From Felis catus (lineage: Eukaryota): a stretch of DNA of 64,000 nucleotides. Shown here piece after piece: positions 26,179 through 37,450 of this stretch. Below the pieces are notes generated by a model, which was not told the origin of the DNA, made no database searches, and saw only the letters and a list, made by a program, of their open reading frames with translations. The DNA lies in the NCBI RefSeq assembly GCF_018350175.1, contig NC_058368.1, positions 224,938,001 to 225,002,000 on the forward strand, given 5' to 3'. The translations under genes and the position numbers were made by a program. The first letter of the stretch is position 1. Every line of letters starts with the position of its first letter.

Positions 26179-26490
26179 GTGGCACCTGGGTGGCTCAGTC
26201 GGTTAAGCATCCGACTCTTGATTTCAGCTTAGGTCATGATCTCACAGTCATGAGATTGAGACCCATGTCAGGATCCATGTTGGGTGTGGAGCCTGCTTAA
26301 GATACTCTCTCTCCCTCTCCTTCTTCCCCTCCCCCATACAAGCATCCTCTCTCACTCTCTCTCTCTCTCTCAGAAAGAAAATAAAAGAAAGAAGAGAAGA
26401 GAAGAGAAGAGAAGAGAAGAGAAGAGAAGAGAAGAGAAGACAAAAGAAAGAAAAGAAAAGAAAAGAAAAGAAAAGAAAAGAAAAGAAAAG
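26179..26490 (+). mobile_element. Older Can-SINE with (GAAGA)n(GAAAA)n tail (third of triplet)
   Basis: CpG-decayed body 'gactcttgatttcagcttaggtcatgatctc'. Tail expanded into pentamer repeats and followed by decayed TSD aaatataaggact. Confidence 0.93.
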
Positions 26491-26509
26491 AAAAAATATA
26501 AGGACTCAA

Positions 26510-26915
26510 CTAATTGACAAAGAACATGAACAGATAATTTGAAAAAAGTAAATGCAACTCATAAAGACACATGGAAAATAAATTCAACCTTATAGAACTC
26601 AAGTAAGTTAAAAATCATCTTCCATTTTTGCCTATTAAGTCATGTTTAAAGTATGCAATCCATAATAATGATGGAGGAAGAGTATCATCGATTAGTGTTG
26701 CTGGTTCAAACTGGAATGGTGGGAATTTGGCAGGAGAATGATGGTAACAGAGAGAGATCAAAAGAAAAACGAGCACAAACTGATGCTAACAGACATCTCT
26801 GGGAGCCTATTCAAAAAAAGAAAAAAATACTATATATATAATGCTGCTCAGCATATCACATCACAGAATTGAAGAAGTGGAAAACCGAAGTGTCCAACAA
26901 TAAGTAAGTATTTTC
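26510..26915 (+). mobile_element. Ancient L1ME-like ORF2-end/3' fragment
   Basis: 'gacaaagaacatgaacagataattt', 'acatggaaaataaattcaacctt', 'tggaaaaccgaagtgtccaacaata'. Confidence 0.5.
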
Positions 26916-26919
26916 AGAA

Positions 26920-27393
26920 AGTGAAAATCACCCCTACCAGCCGACAGTTAGAACTAGGCTATCATAAACAGCATACATGAAACATCAACACTCATCGGGG
27001 CGACATGGCGGTGACGGAGTCTGAGACGGAGTCAAGGACACTCAGCAACCACAGAACATAACTAAATAACCCCCTTTGTACTAGTTATTTACCTCTGACA
27101 TCCAGCGTTGTTTCGATTTCCTGACCTCCTAGAAAGAATCGCCAACGTAGCCAATTCCTGAATTGCCACTGAATTCTGACCGTATCCAATTCAGAAATGG
27201 CCTACCTCTTCTTTAAGCCCTGCTTCGAATCACCCCAAAGAAGCCCGCATCCTTTAATAGACCTTTGCCAAAATTGTCTGCTGAGACTTCTACAGTTCCT
27301 CTGGAGACAACTCTCCCTTACCGTGGTAAGCTAAATAACCTTTTTTTTTGCTCTACTCAGATGTGTTATGGTCTTTGGCTGGTGGATTTCAAC
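26920..27393 (+). mobile_element. LTR-like element (ERV solo LTR, family unassigned)
   Basis: ~470 bp block with LTR-type 3' part 'taaataaccttt...ggtctttggctggtggatttcaaca' ending in CA, interrupting the L1 remnant. 5' boundary uncertain. Confidence 0.5.
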
Positions 27394-27638
27394 AAGTGAA
27401 ACTGGGACCACCTGTTACACTGAGACTAGTACGGCCATTCTAATGATGGCATATAAAATGATAAAACATAATTATAAGTACATGAAAAACGTATAAAAAA
27501 TATATCAGGTACAGCACTGGGTTTATCAATACTTTTCCTCCCAATAATTTCTTGCTTATTTTCTTCTTTATTTTCCTGTCTTAACATTGAGTAAATTATA
27601 TTTCTAATAAAACTCATTTTGTTGAACACAGGCAAACT

Positions 27639-27940
27639 GTGTCTTCATCCATTTGAGCTACTGTAGCAAAAATACCATAGACCGGATGGCTCAGAAACAA
27701 CAGAAATGTATTTCTCCCCATCTTGGAGGTTGAGAAGTCCAAGATCAAAGCACTGGCAGGTTCGGTGTCTGATGAGATCTCACCTCCTAGAGCAAGAGAG
27801 CTCTCTGGAGTCTCATTTATAAGGGCATTAATAGCGTTCATGAGGGTACTCTCAAAGGCCTCCCTCCAAATGCCCTCATATTGGGGATTAGGTTTCAAAA
27901 TGTGAATTTTTAAGGGATATGAACATCCAGTCAATACCAG
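27639..27940 (-). mobile_element. MLT1A-type solo LTR
   Basis: 'tgtcttcatccatttgagctactgtagcaaaaataccatagacc', 'gaagtccaagatcaaagcactggcagg', 'ttggggattaggtttcaaaatgtgaattt'. Confidence 0.85.
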
Positions 27941-28239
27941 GGAAGAAAACAAAATCCCCTCAGTTAGATGGGAGAGTTTATATACGCATCTTATACACTT
28001 ATTTTTTTTCTCTCCTTGATTTATTCAGTAAGAAATAAATGTGCACGTAATCTATTAATTGATATCTATTACTTACTGATTTGATGGTCTTAAGTTGATA
28101 AACTTGATTGATTCGTTCATGTACATAATTAGTTGACTAATTAATACATATAATGAGTTCATTTATATGCATTGGACATTATTTGATATACATAACAATG
28201 CAATGATCCCTTCCCTTATATGTTCATTAATTTATTTCG

Positions 28240-28590
28240 TGTGTTTATTCAATTATTATTTCATCAAATGTATGTTGAACCTCTTTATTTGTCCAGACCC
28301 AGGGCTAGGTGTCGGTGAGACAGAGTTGAACATTATTAACTGCCTATGAGACAGGAGCTCACTCTATGGTGGAGAGGTAGAGAGAACAAATATATTATCA
28401 AACAGAGGGATGATGCTCTATTCTCATACAGAAGACGCTATGGGAGCAGAGTCATGGGGACCCTTACTTCCTTAGGCGGTAGGAGGTAGGAGTGTTCGGA
28501 GATGACTTTAAGGAGGAGATGAGGTTTACCGGGAGTCTTGAATAACAAGTATGTGTTTGTCAGGCAAAAGAGATAAGGAACAGTATTCTA
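28240..28590 (-). mobile_element. L2 fragment
   Basis: 'tcatcaaatgtatgttgaacctct', 'ggagctcactctatggtggagag', 'ttaaggaggagatgaggtttaccgggagtcttgaataacaagta'. Confidence 0.7.
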
Positions 28591-29009
28591 GGCTGTGTAA
28601 TTAGAAAATGGATAAGGTATAGAGACGGACAAAGAAGGTTCAACTGCAGTAACCACATAAACCATTCCCCTAGTCTGGAACTTAATGGGAGGTACAAACT
28701 GGGACAGGAGAGTTTGCTTGCATCCACACAGAGTCTTCAGATAAATTAGGCAACAAACTTTCAGTTCTGAGGCAATCACTCCAAAGACCCTTCTATTAAT
28801 TACATATTAAGTCAGATCTCCCATGTGACAAACCGTTATTAAGTAGAAAATGGTCACTGGTGGCAATATCTTTCTTGACCCAAGGGAGATTCATGCACAA
28901 AGAGTCAGCTGGAAAGTTTAGACGAGAACTTTCTGATCTAACCCAGTTGTCCTATGAAGACAGAATCAATCTATCAGGATCGCCTTCCCACTCCTACAAA
29001 GAGATGTCT

Positions 29010-29222
29010 TAAAAAAAAAAAAAGTTCACTTAAATACTTTGAGAGAAAGAGAGAGAGCATGAGCTGGGGAGGGGCAGAGAGAGAGGGAGAGAGAGGATCC
29101 CAAGCAGGCTCCATGACCAGCAGAGAACCAGACACGGGGCTCTAGCTCCTGACCTTGAGATCACAACCTGTGCCAAAGTCAAGAGTCAGAAGCCAAACTA
29201 AGTGAGCCACTCAGGCGTCCTG
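29010..29222 (-). mobile_element. Can-SINE (older)
   Basis: TSD aaagagatgtct / aaagagatttct. Reverse-complement SINE body. Confidence 0.92.
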
Positions 29223-30234
29223 AAAGAGATTTCTGACACACTGCTACATTTTTGTATTCTCTGAACTCAGAGTAGGCCCCAAAATGATAAAAAGTAGGAG
29301 GAAACTCTTCTTTGAAAATTCACTGGCTAAAAAAAAAAAAGGAAAAAAGAAGATCAGTCAGATTTTCATAGAGAAAACTTATGCAAAGTTTCAAAGGCAT
29401 AAAAATGCAGAATACAGAGAAGGATATTTTTCAAACTTCAAATCGGGTCTGGAAATGTTGCAGGGATGGTTACATATGGCAGGCAAACAGAACACATGCC
29501 AAAAAAGGCAAAATGAGTGTGAGAACGTGTGAAGATTGATCTGTGCATGTGAGGGAACATTAGCAAAAGAAAATATCTATATACGAAATGGGCCACATTT
29601 GTAGAGAAAAAAAGAGTCCAATAGAGGGAGACGTTTTGAACATTACATGAGCAAGAGGAACCAGACAAATTACAGCTTGACATTTTAAACTCAGACTCTA
29701 TTTGATTCTTATTTCCCCCTCTGAGTTTAAATAACGCTCTTCGATTTCTTTATCTAGAATCACCTCTTTCTTCCCTTCCAATCCATTACCATCATGTGAA
29801 AAAAGCCTGTTCCTGTTGTAGGGTTAAAATGCAGACACATCGAGGAGTAATCAGAAGGCAGAACCAAACATTTATTCTGTCTTATTGCATGTTAAGGACG
29901 CATCTTTTTTTTTCTTATTAATGATTGGAGAGTCGGCACTAATTTGGGCGGAAATCACATGAAAATGCAATAGATTAACTCATGTGTTAAGGAATTCTCT
30001 TTGAAATACAGTCCATATAGAAAAGTATAATTATTCTGAAAGAGCAGAAGGCCTAACATACTTTATGTCTAGTTTCAACACTCCTGTTTCCCGAGATAAC
30101 TCTGTTAACATGTATTAACCCAGGACAAAAGTATTTTCACAACATTTTAATATCATCTTTCCTATTTGAAAGCAAAAGCCTATCTTGTGACTTGGTTTTA
30201 ATGTTCATACAATATATCCAACTGGACTATGTAA

Positions 30235-30400
30235 AGTTGAATAACAAATTACCCTCAAATTTAGTGTTTTAAAACAGCAAACACTTATTATATCACAATT
30301 TCTGTGGGCCAGACACCCTGGGTACAGTTTAGCTGGCTCATGGTGTCTCACAAGCCCGCCATCCTGCCAAGACTTGACTGATAGCAGACATGCTTCCTTG
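30235..30400 (-). mobile_element. MLT1E/F-like LTR fragment
   Basis: 'taacaaattaccctcaaatttagtgttttaaaacagcaaacacttattatatcacaatttctgtgggccag'. Confidence 0.7.
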
Positions 30401-30429
30401 GCAATGACTGATTTGGCTTCTGTTTCTTC

Positions 30430-30790
30430 AGTGTTTCCTCTTCCAGAATCTCATATAACTGAATCATAAAGTGCATAGCACTCTAACACTGGCTTCTTTC
30501 ATTTACTGTATTCATTTAAGAATCGCCTATGTCTTCACATGGCTTGACAGTACATTCCTTTTATTGGTGAATAGTATTCCACTGTATGGATGTACCACAA
30601 TCTGTTTCTCCATTCATCATTTGAAAGACATACTGACTCCTTCCAGGTTTTGTCCATTATGAATAGAACCCCTAAGGACATTCATGTGCAGGTGTTAAGG
30701 CTTCTGTGTGGGCATAAGTTCTCAGGTCAACTGGGTCAATATCTAGAAGTACAAAATGATGGGTTATGAGGTAAGTCGAGGTTTGGCTTT
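30430..30790 (-). mobile_element. L1MC/MB-like fragment
   Basis: 'tgaatagtattccactgtatggatgtaccacaatctgttt', 'acattcatgtgcaggt'. Confidence 0.8.
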
Positions 30791-31279
30791 ATGTCAGCTT
30801 TTGAATCAATGATGTGTATGTATGCTGAGTTATACAAACTTTTAGCATGATGTGCTTTATGCAATTTTTATCACTACCCCCCCCCCAATGCTTTCTAGTA
30901 AACCATAAGAAAGTTGGGAGAGAATAAGGGCAATCATTACAGTAAGTAGCATTTCTTATGTTGAATTCTACCAGGGAGGGGAGTCGCGGAGGAGAAAGAT
31001 TTAATCGTAAATAGAAAACATCAGTTAGGTTGTAAAGATGAAAGGAGTATTTGAGGAAGTAGCTGTCAGGAATGACAGGATGTGTTTCAGATCTGAATTT
31101 GGGTTTTAAAATGCAGCCTGGAAAGGAAATAGCAGAGAGTCTATAAAAAAAAAAAATCAGCCCCGGGAAAAGAATGATGTATGAGAAGAGAGAGACACAA
31201 AGTAAATAACCAGGGAGATAAAGAGCCGAATGAGGAAAACATGACAGCCATCATGATGACTGAGGAGGTGAGCTTTAGA

Positions 31280-31546
31280 ATCATTAGAAGGGAAAGAAAA
31301 ATAAAATAAGATGGAAACAGAGAGGGAGGCAAACCATAAGAGACTCTAAACTACAGAGAACAAATTGAAGGTTGCTGGAGGGCAGGGGTGGGGCGATGGG
31401 CTAAATGGGTGATAGACATCAAGGAGGGCACTTGTCGGGATGAGCGCTGGGTGTTGCGTGTAAGTGATGAATCACTACATTCTACTCCTATATGTTAACT
31501 GACTTGAATTTAAATAAAATCTTGGAAGAAGTTAAAAAAAAAAAAA
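31280..31546 (+). mobile_element. Carnivore L1 3'UTR, strongly 5'-truncated
   Basis: 'gagagggaggcaaaccataagagactctaaactacagagaacaaa', 'gggatgagcgctgggtgttgcgtgtaagtgatgaatcact', poly(A) tail. Confidence 0.88.
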
Positions 31547-33922
31547 GGATGAGGTTTTGGTGTGATGTACCTCCTTGATCGCCAGCCTAATAGCAATCTC
31601 ACTTTCTTTGATTGACAGGAGACTTCGGTGAGTATTTTTAAGAACTGCTCTTCCCTGTGCCTTCACCCCTTTTGATGCCAATGGCTTTTATAGGCACGTT
31701 TAACAAGTGTTCCCTGAATCGCCTCGCCCTCTGCCCACAACCACTTCTCGTATAGGTAGGGACTTATTATACAAGTCGTAAATGTAATAAAAAATGAAAA
31801 GCATCCAAAAAGCTGTTCCATAAGCCAATCTTTATGCAGAAATGTGATGTGTAGAATAATTTACTCTAGCTTCTGAAACGTTCCTTCTAAGAGCATGCGA
31901 GTGAATGGTGAATGGATATGTGGGCCCTTAAATAATCCAATGATCATATAAGGAAATAGGGCACAGAAATGCTTTGCCACCAAATGCTGTATCACTGCTG
32001 TCACCATCTCACACAGGAAAAAACATGTCTTGTTTCTACATTTGGAGCAAGGGAGGCTCCTGGCTCACCCCTTTTGAACTCCGGAATAATGGTAGGACTA
32101 TTTGCTTCTTATAAGGTGTTCTGATAGTCAGGAGGGCAAATTAAGATGCTCGTAATGGATGCATGATTAAGATTTTTTTTTTAAATACATATGTCCCTTC
32201 TAAACTTCTATAATATTCTCATGAGGCGTGGTTTCTGTTTTCAGTTAGCCTCCCTGAAACATGATCCGAAGTCTCAATTTTCACCAATATTTCTTCAGAA
32301 CTCTGAAATACGAAGAACCAAAATCATCAGCTGCGAAATATATGCATAACTGAGGTAACTCGTAATTCTAGCATTGAAAAAAATATAACGAGCCATTTAA
32401 TTTCACTTATAATCTTCTAATTAAGTAGCAACAACCTTTTTTTAAGGATGAGTCAGTGTGTTCTGTTTTAACTATTTCTCTACGTCCACCATTTCTATTC
32501 TAGGATTATCTATATAGAAAATGTGGGCGTCAAAACCTAAGTTTAGTCCTTTTGTAATGGCTGTCTTATGATATATCCCTGATATATTTCTATTGACTCG
32601 TCATCGTTTCTTGATTTCTACTCTATTGGCTTCATATTCAAGAGGCTTACAAAGTTATCATTGATAGGAGAGACAGAAAAGCATGTATACTTTAAATAAC
32701 CAAATGATCTAAGAAGCTGAGTCTAAAGGTAGTTCTCCATTTCACTGGGCAGTGAAAATCAGTGGGACATTAAGCAGGCAGCATTCACTGCATTAGCAAG
32801 GCAGGACTGTTCTCTCATTAGGCAGCGACACTAGATCATGTAAGACAGGACCGCAGACTTGCAGGGACCCTCAGTAGAAACTCATCAATATTTTCAAAAC
32901 ACATCACATTCTTCTTGCGCTCCTTTGAGATACATTAGCAACCTTATGAGGTCCTCTGTTCTGAATTATCTCCCTGTCTTAATCCTTGACCTACTAATGT
33001 CTCAAAATGCATTAAGGCAACAATCAGTTCCTTCTCTTTATGCTGATCGGGCATTTGGCAGTCTCAAAAGCCTAACACAACTCATTTTTCTTCTCCTGCT
33101 TGGTGTGATAAGGTTTTTATTTTAGGTAAGTGAGTATAAATTGCAGCACAATGTCAAGCAACTTAAGTGAGAAGACTATGGGATAAAGGAAGCAGCGAGA
33201 AGAAAATATGGAATCAGGTGAATGTTGATGAGTCAAAATAATGCCATGTTATACCTATTAAATAGAACAATTAAATAGAATGACTTCTAACCATTTTGTT
33301 TTCTGTTTGAGAAACTGAAGTCTACAGTTTGCTTTATTTTCACTATTTTTTTCCTTCAGCTTCTTTTCCAGCAAATAAGTTCCCTAATTCCTGCCACCAC
33401 CCAAAAGCCCCCTTTATACTTTCGTGCGAGTCCTACATAGTGGTAGCTGATGTGACTTCCCATCAGAACTGTGGTTACTAACGACATGAATTTTCTTGAT
33501 GGATTTGTGCTCATACCAAGTAGAAAGTGATTGATTGTCAAAAATGAGATGTTTACTGACTCAGCTGAACACAAAAGCCTAGAACGAAAGGTAGCAACCA
33601 AGTATTTCCCCTTTAAAAGTGAGCTATTGGATCGTCCATGGATTACTTGACAAGGTTAGGGCCCCACAGAGTTCTGCCTGTACCATGGAACCTGTAGGGG
33701 AGGATTGAGGTCATCAGCTTGGACAGGGTTGCCAGCGAAGAGGGAAGTGGGAGGGTAGCCAGTCAAGGGACCACCAAGGAGCTTGACCCATGTCTCTGTA
33801 AGTTTGCAGATGTGGTTTGATTCAGCAGTGATATTTGAAATAGTTCGCAACTGTCATCCACTGCTGCTGACAGATGTTGGAGTAGGATCCTTGAGCCCGG
33901 TGGTGCTAGAAAATACCTTTCA

Positions 33923-34180
33923 GCTACTGGGTGGTGGGAAGGTGAGCGGAGTTATGGAGGAAGGGGAACTGGGCAGGGGCCATTGCCTGACTGAAGAATT
34001 CAGGGTTACCTATATACCAAAGCTAGAGGCATATTTTCACATGTGAAGCATCCTAAGGCTCTACCACTGACAAAACATCAGCCTTGATGAATACCTGATT
34101 TGTCTGGGCAAAATAGAAGGTCAAGAGAATCTGAGGCTATTGACCTTAGCCAATAGCAAAGAGAGGGACAGAGACAGACT
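33923..34180 (+). repeat. Left arm of ~260-bp inverted duplication (partner 35445-35709)
   Basis: Manual ungapped alignment of 34032-34162 to the reverse complement of 35477-35607 gives about 100/131 identities. Similarity continues with gaps to ~33923. Confidence 0.88.
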
Positions 34181-35180
34181 TATACCCAGACACACACAGA
34201 AAGAGAGAGAGAGAGAGAGAGAGCTGAATCTAGAATGAGAAATATTTTCACACTGGAGCCAGGCAGAAAGAAGCATTAATTTTCAATCTTGGAATTTGAT
34301 TATTACTCCGGTCTAGACGTTTTAATGACCGAAGTGAGACTGTTCTCTGGAGTTTTATTTGAGGTCTTTATTAACTAAGTGTAATTGAATAAAACTCTGA
34401 GGCAAACCTGAGAGTCACCCAGGGGCAAGGAGAGAACTGTCCCACAGTCCGAATAAAAAGGTTAGTGGCAGGAAAAATAAAGTTTCTTTTCTATTCAGAT
34501 CTCAACATTCACTCGGTAAAAAAAAAAAAAAAATGACAACAGCAAGATGTTCTTCTGAGCACCCACTGCCCTTTGGACAGGGCTGGGCTTGTCTGATCAA
34601 CTGGCAGGAGGGATCAAGGGCACTCATTTAGCATGATGGTTTGTTGTGATATATTTGGTTGGTTTGGGCTTTGTTTGGGGTCGGCACCAGAGAAGAAAAG
34701 GGTACAAAAAAACCAGAACTGCTCCATGATCAGTTGCCTGCGCTCCTGACTGAGGCTTTAGGAAAACCCTTCTGCAGAAGCAAGAGAATCTTGTTTTTAC
34801 AAAAGTCCACCTGAGAAGGGGGGCAGCTATAGCACAAGCTGTAACCCTCTGAACATGAGGGGGGTGTCCCTCCTGATATATACACTGTCACGGGCTTTGT
34901 AGAGTGAAGATTCCAAGAGATTAACACATCAGAACCTCAGACCTCATACTTTGGGGAGTGTAGGACATGAATCGGTGTCTCAGACTCGGGGCAGTCCCAG
35001 CAGACCCTGGCACCTGTGCAGTGTCACCCAAGTGACAGGAAGCCAGGGTGACAGAACAAAGAGAAAGTGAACCCACGGGAGAGGCGACATCAACAGTCAC
35101 TATACTTATGGGCCCAGGGACCCCTCAGCACTCTGATTTTGTTATACACTATCAAAAATCGCATTTATTGATATCACTAC

Positions 35181-35795
35181 TGTCTCAGTCAGCTCAGGAT
35201 GCTGTAACAAAATATCATACACTGAATGCCTTAAACAATAGACCCTTATCTCTCACAACTATGAAGGCCAAGAAGTCCAAGATCAAAGTGCCAATTAATT
35301 GCGTTCCAGATGAGAGGGCTCTTGCTGGCTTGTGAACAGCACCCTTTTTACTGTGTCCTCACAAAAATGACAGCCAGGGAAAGAGACAGAGAGGGGGAGA
35401 GACAGAGAGAGAAAGAGAGCGAGAGAGATGTCTACAGTCCTTCAAATAATAGCCTCAGTGTCTCTGTCTATCTCTGTCTTTGCGATTGGCTTCGGTCAAA
35501 GGCATCAGACTCCGTTGACCTCCTCTTCTGCCCAGATAAATCAGGTGCTAATTGAGACTGAACTTTCGTCAGCGGCAGAATCTAAAAATGGTTCACATTT
35601 GAAAATACTTCCCTACCGTTGGGACATAGCCCTGAGATCTCTAGTCAAGTCACGGGCCCCTGTTCCAGCCCCCTCCCACCGGGGCCCTCACTTGTCCACC
35701 ATCCAGAGCACAGTCTGGTCTCTTCCTCTTCTTCTAAAGGCTCCAAATCGATCACAGAGACCCCATCCCCACACCTCATCCAAACTTCATCTAAC
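35181..35795 (-). mobile_element. MLT1A-type LTR interrupted by ~280-bp insert (35428-35709)
   Basis: First part 'tgtctcagtcagctcaggatgctgtaacaaaatatcatacactg...gaagtccaagatcaaagtgcca'. LTR resumes after the insert with 'ctggtctcttcctcttcttctaaagggc...cctcatccaaac'. Confidence 0.8.
35445..35709 (-). repeat. Right arm of inverted duplication (copy of 33923-34180) inside MLT1A
   Basis: Reverse complement reads tattttcaaatgtgaacc...cacctgatttatctgggcagaagaggaggtcaa...agccaatcgcaaaga versus tattttcacatgtgaagc...tacctgatttgtctgggcaaaatagaaggtcaa...agccaatagcaaaga. Confidence 0.88.
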
Positions 35796-37393
35796 TTTGT
35801 CTGTTGGATGTTCTTTAAGGTAGAATGAGTGTTCCATGAACAAGCAACCAGTTCAGCTCGTCACTCAAACCATTGTATAAGTGTTTTTTTTCTTTTTCCC
35901 TCAGATAACATCACATGTCGTCACCAGCATATCAAAAAGACATATACTCATCAAGAGTAGATGTATTCAAATGAATAATTTTCCAGCTTCATCAAAGACA
36001 TGCTCAAGCGAAACTAGCATTTTGTTTATCCTGTGAGTGGGTGGCAGGGAAGAACAGAATGGCTGCTAGGATGTTTTGGTGCCACTGCCTTGGCTCATGC
36101 TAAGTTCCATAAGTTTCACACTCCATTGCTTCTGCACCTGCAGTGAAACAGACACATTACATCTATTTCCCTATCACTGCGGAAGTCATGTTTGACCTTT
36201 CGGTCCTTCTGAGAGAGTGTTGAGAAACCCAAAGGATCCGTATACGACATTTGGGATCTCTTGGACTAGATTATAGAGGTGTCAAGGGGGACAAATTTAG
36301 TGGCTTATAGGAGGGAAAGATGGCATCCTGGTATCATGAGGTGAATTGGCACAAGCAAAGTCACACAGCTGTAAGCGACGAAGCCAGCACTGGAACCCAG
36401 GCACCCTGGCTGCAGGGATCGTCCCGAATCTTTCACACCACATTACATTCATGATGAATTGCTCCATTTATTGTCTTGTGAGCCTTAGTTAAAGCTACAC
36501 AAGCATCTTCCACCCTGAGAATTTTTTCAACACCCTACGAAAAAAAACAGAGAAAGACAAAGGGTGTCAAATAAGATTATTACACTGATTTAAAGCATAG
36601 AATAAAATGCCTGTCCTGTGAGCCCTGTTTATAAATGCATTCAAGTAGAGAACTCGGTTCTTCAGGAGAGAATTTGTGCTGTTACAGCCACAGTCTCTGT
36701 CACCAGCTTAGTGACACCGTCTTACGAGAGTGTAATGTCCACCAAATGACAGGAAATGCACAGAAAGGCAGACTGGGTTTCTTGAAGAGCAGATTTCTAA
36801 AAGAGTTGATTGCTTTGTTTTATCAGAAAGCATCCTCCTATGCCTGGAAGTGACAGTGTGTCAAGCAGAGTTGTGCCATTTGTAAGCGGCGGAATCGTGT
36901 CCCGACGGCGGCCACTAAAACAAAAATCTCTCTCTCACCTCTCTTTTTTATAAAGGAAAACAAGAAGAAATCTAGAGAAACTTAGTACCAGGAATAGAAA
37001 ATAGTGTAAAGATGTGGGGGCGGAGTGGGGGCGGGGGCACAGTGCCAATAGGTTTTGAACCCAGGAGGTGCTTGGGATCAAGGTACTAACACTTAGCTGA
37101 CGAAATGTTGCAAAAAACAGTCTGCTTTGCCTAATGATCATGCAGCTTGGGTTGTCAGCACCGTTTGGGCCTGAAAATATTCCCTGCTGGCTGGATATGA
37201 AAGATGTGAGTAACGGAAAGGAAGCTTTCAAGGCAAAAACAATGATGGTTATGTGTAAAGAATGCATCAAATACCAAGGGTACGAAGAAGTAACCTTCTA
37301 TGTAAGGGTACTTACAAAGTAAGAAATATCTCTAAGTAAGACTTTTAGAGAACATGTTCGGTCTACAGGATGAAACAAAAGTCAACTCTGAGT

Positions 37394-37396
<3 letters not shown>

Positions 37397-37432
<36 letters not shown>

Positions 37433-37450
37433 ACATATATATGTATGTAT
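37397..37450. repeat. (TA)n microsatellite
   Basis: Seen directly. Confidence 0.93.

Noticed and set aside
35428..35823. 131-aa ATG ORF with hydrophobic N-terminus
   Set aside because: Spans the inverted-duplication insert and MLT1A sequence; no recognisable homology, poly(A) or TSD to support a gene or processed pseudogene.
35905..36032. Strong acceptor followed by CT|GTGAGT (128-nt exon-like segment)
   Set aside because: Only one open frame with an unrecognisable peptide; such pairs are frequent pseudo-exons. The same applies to 22969-23043 and 32244-32353.
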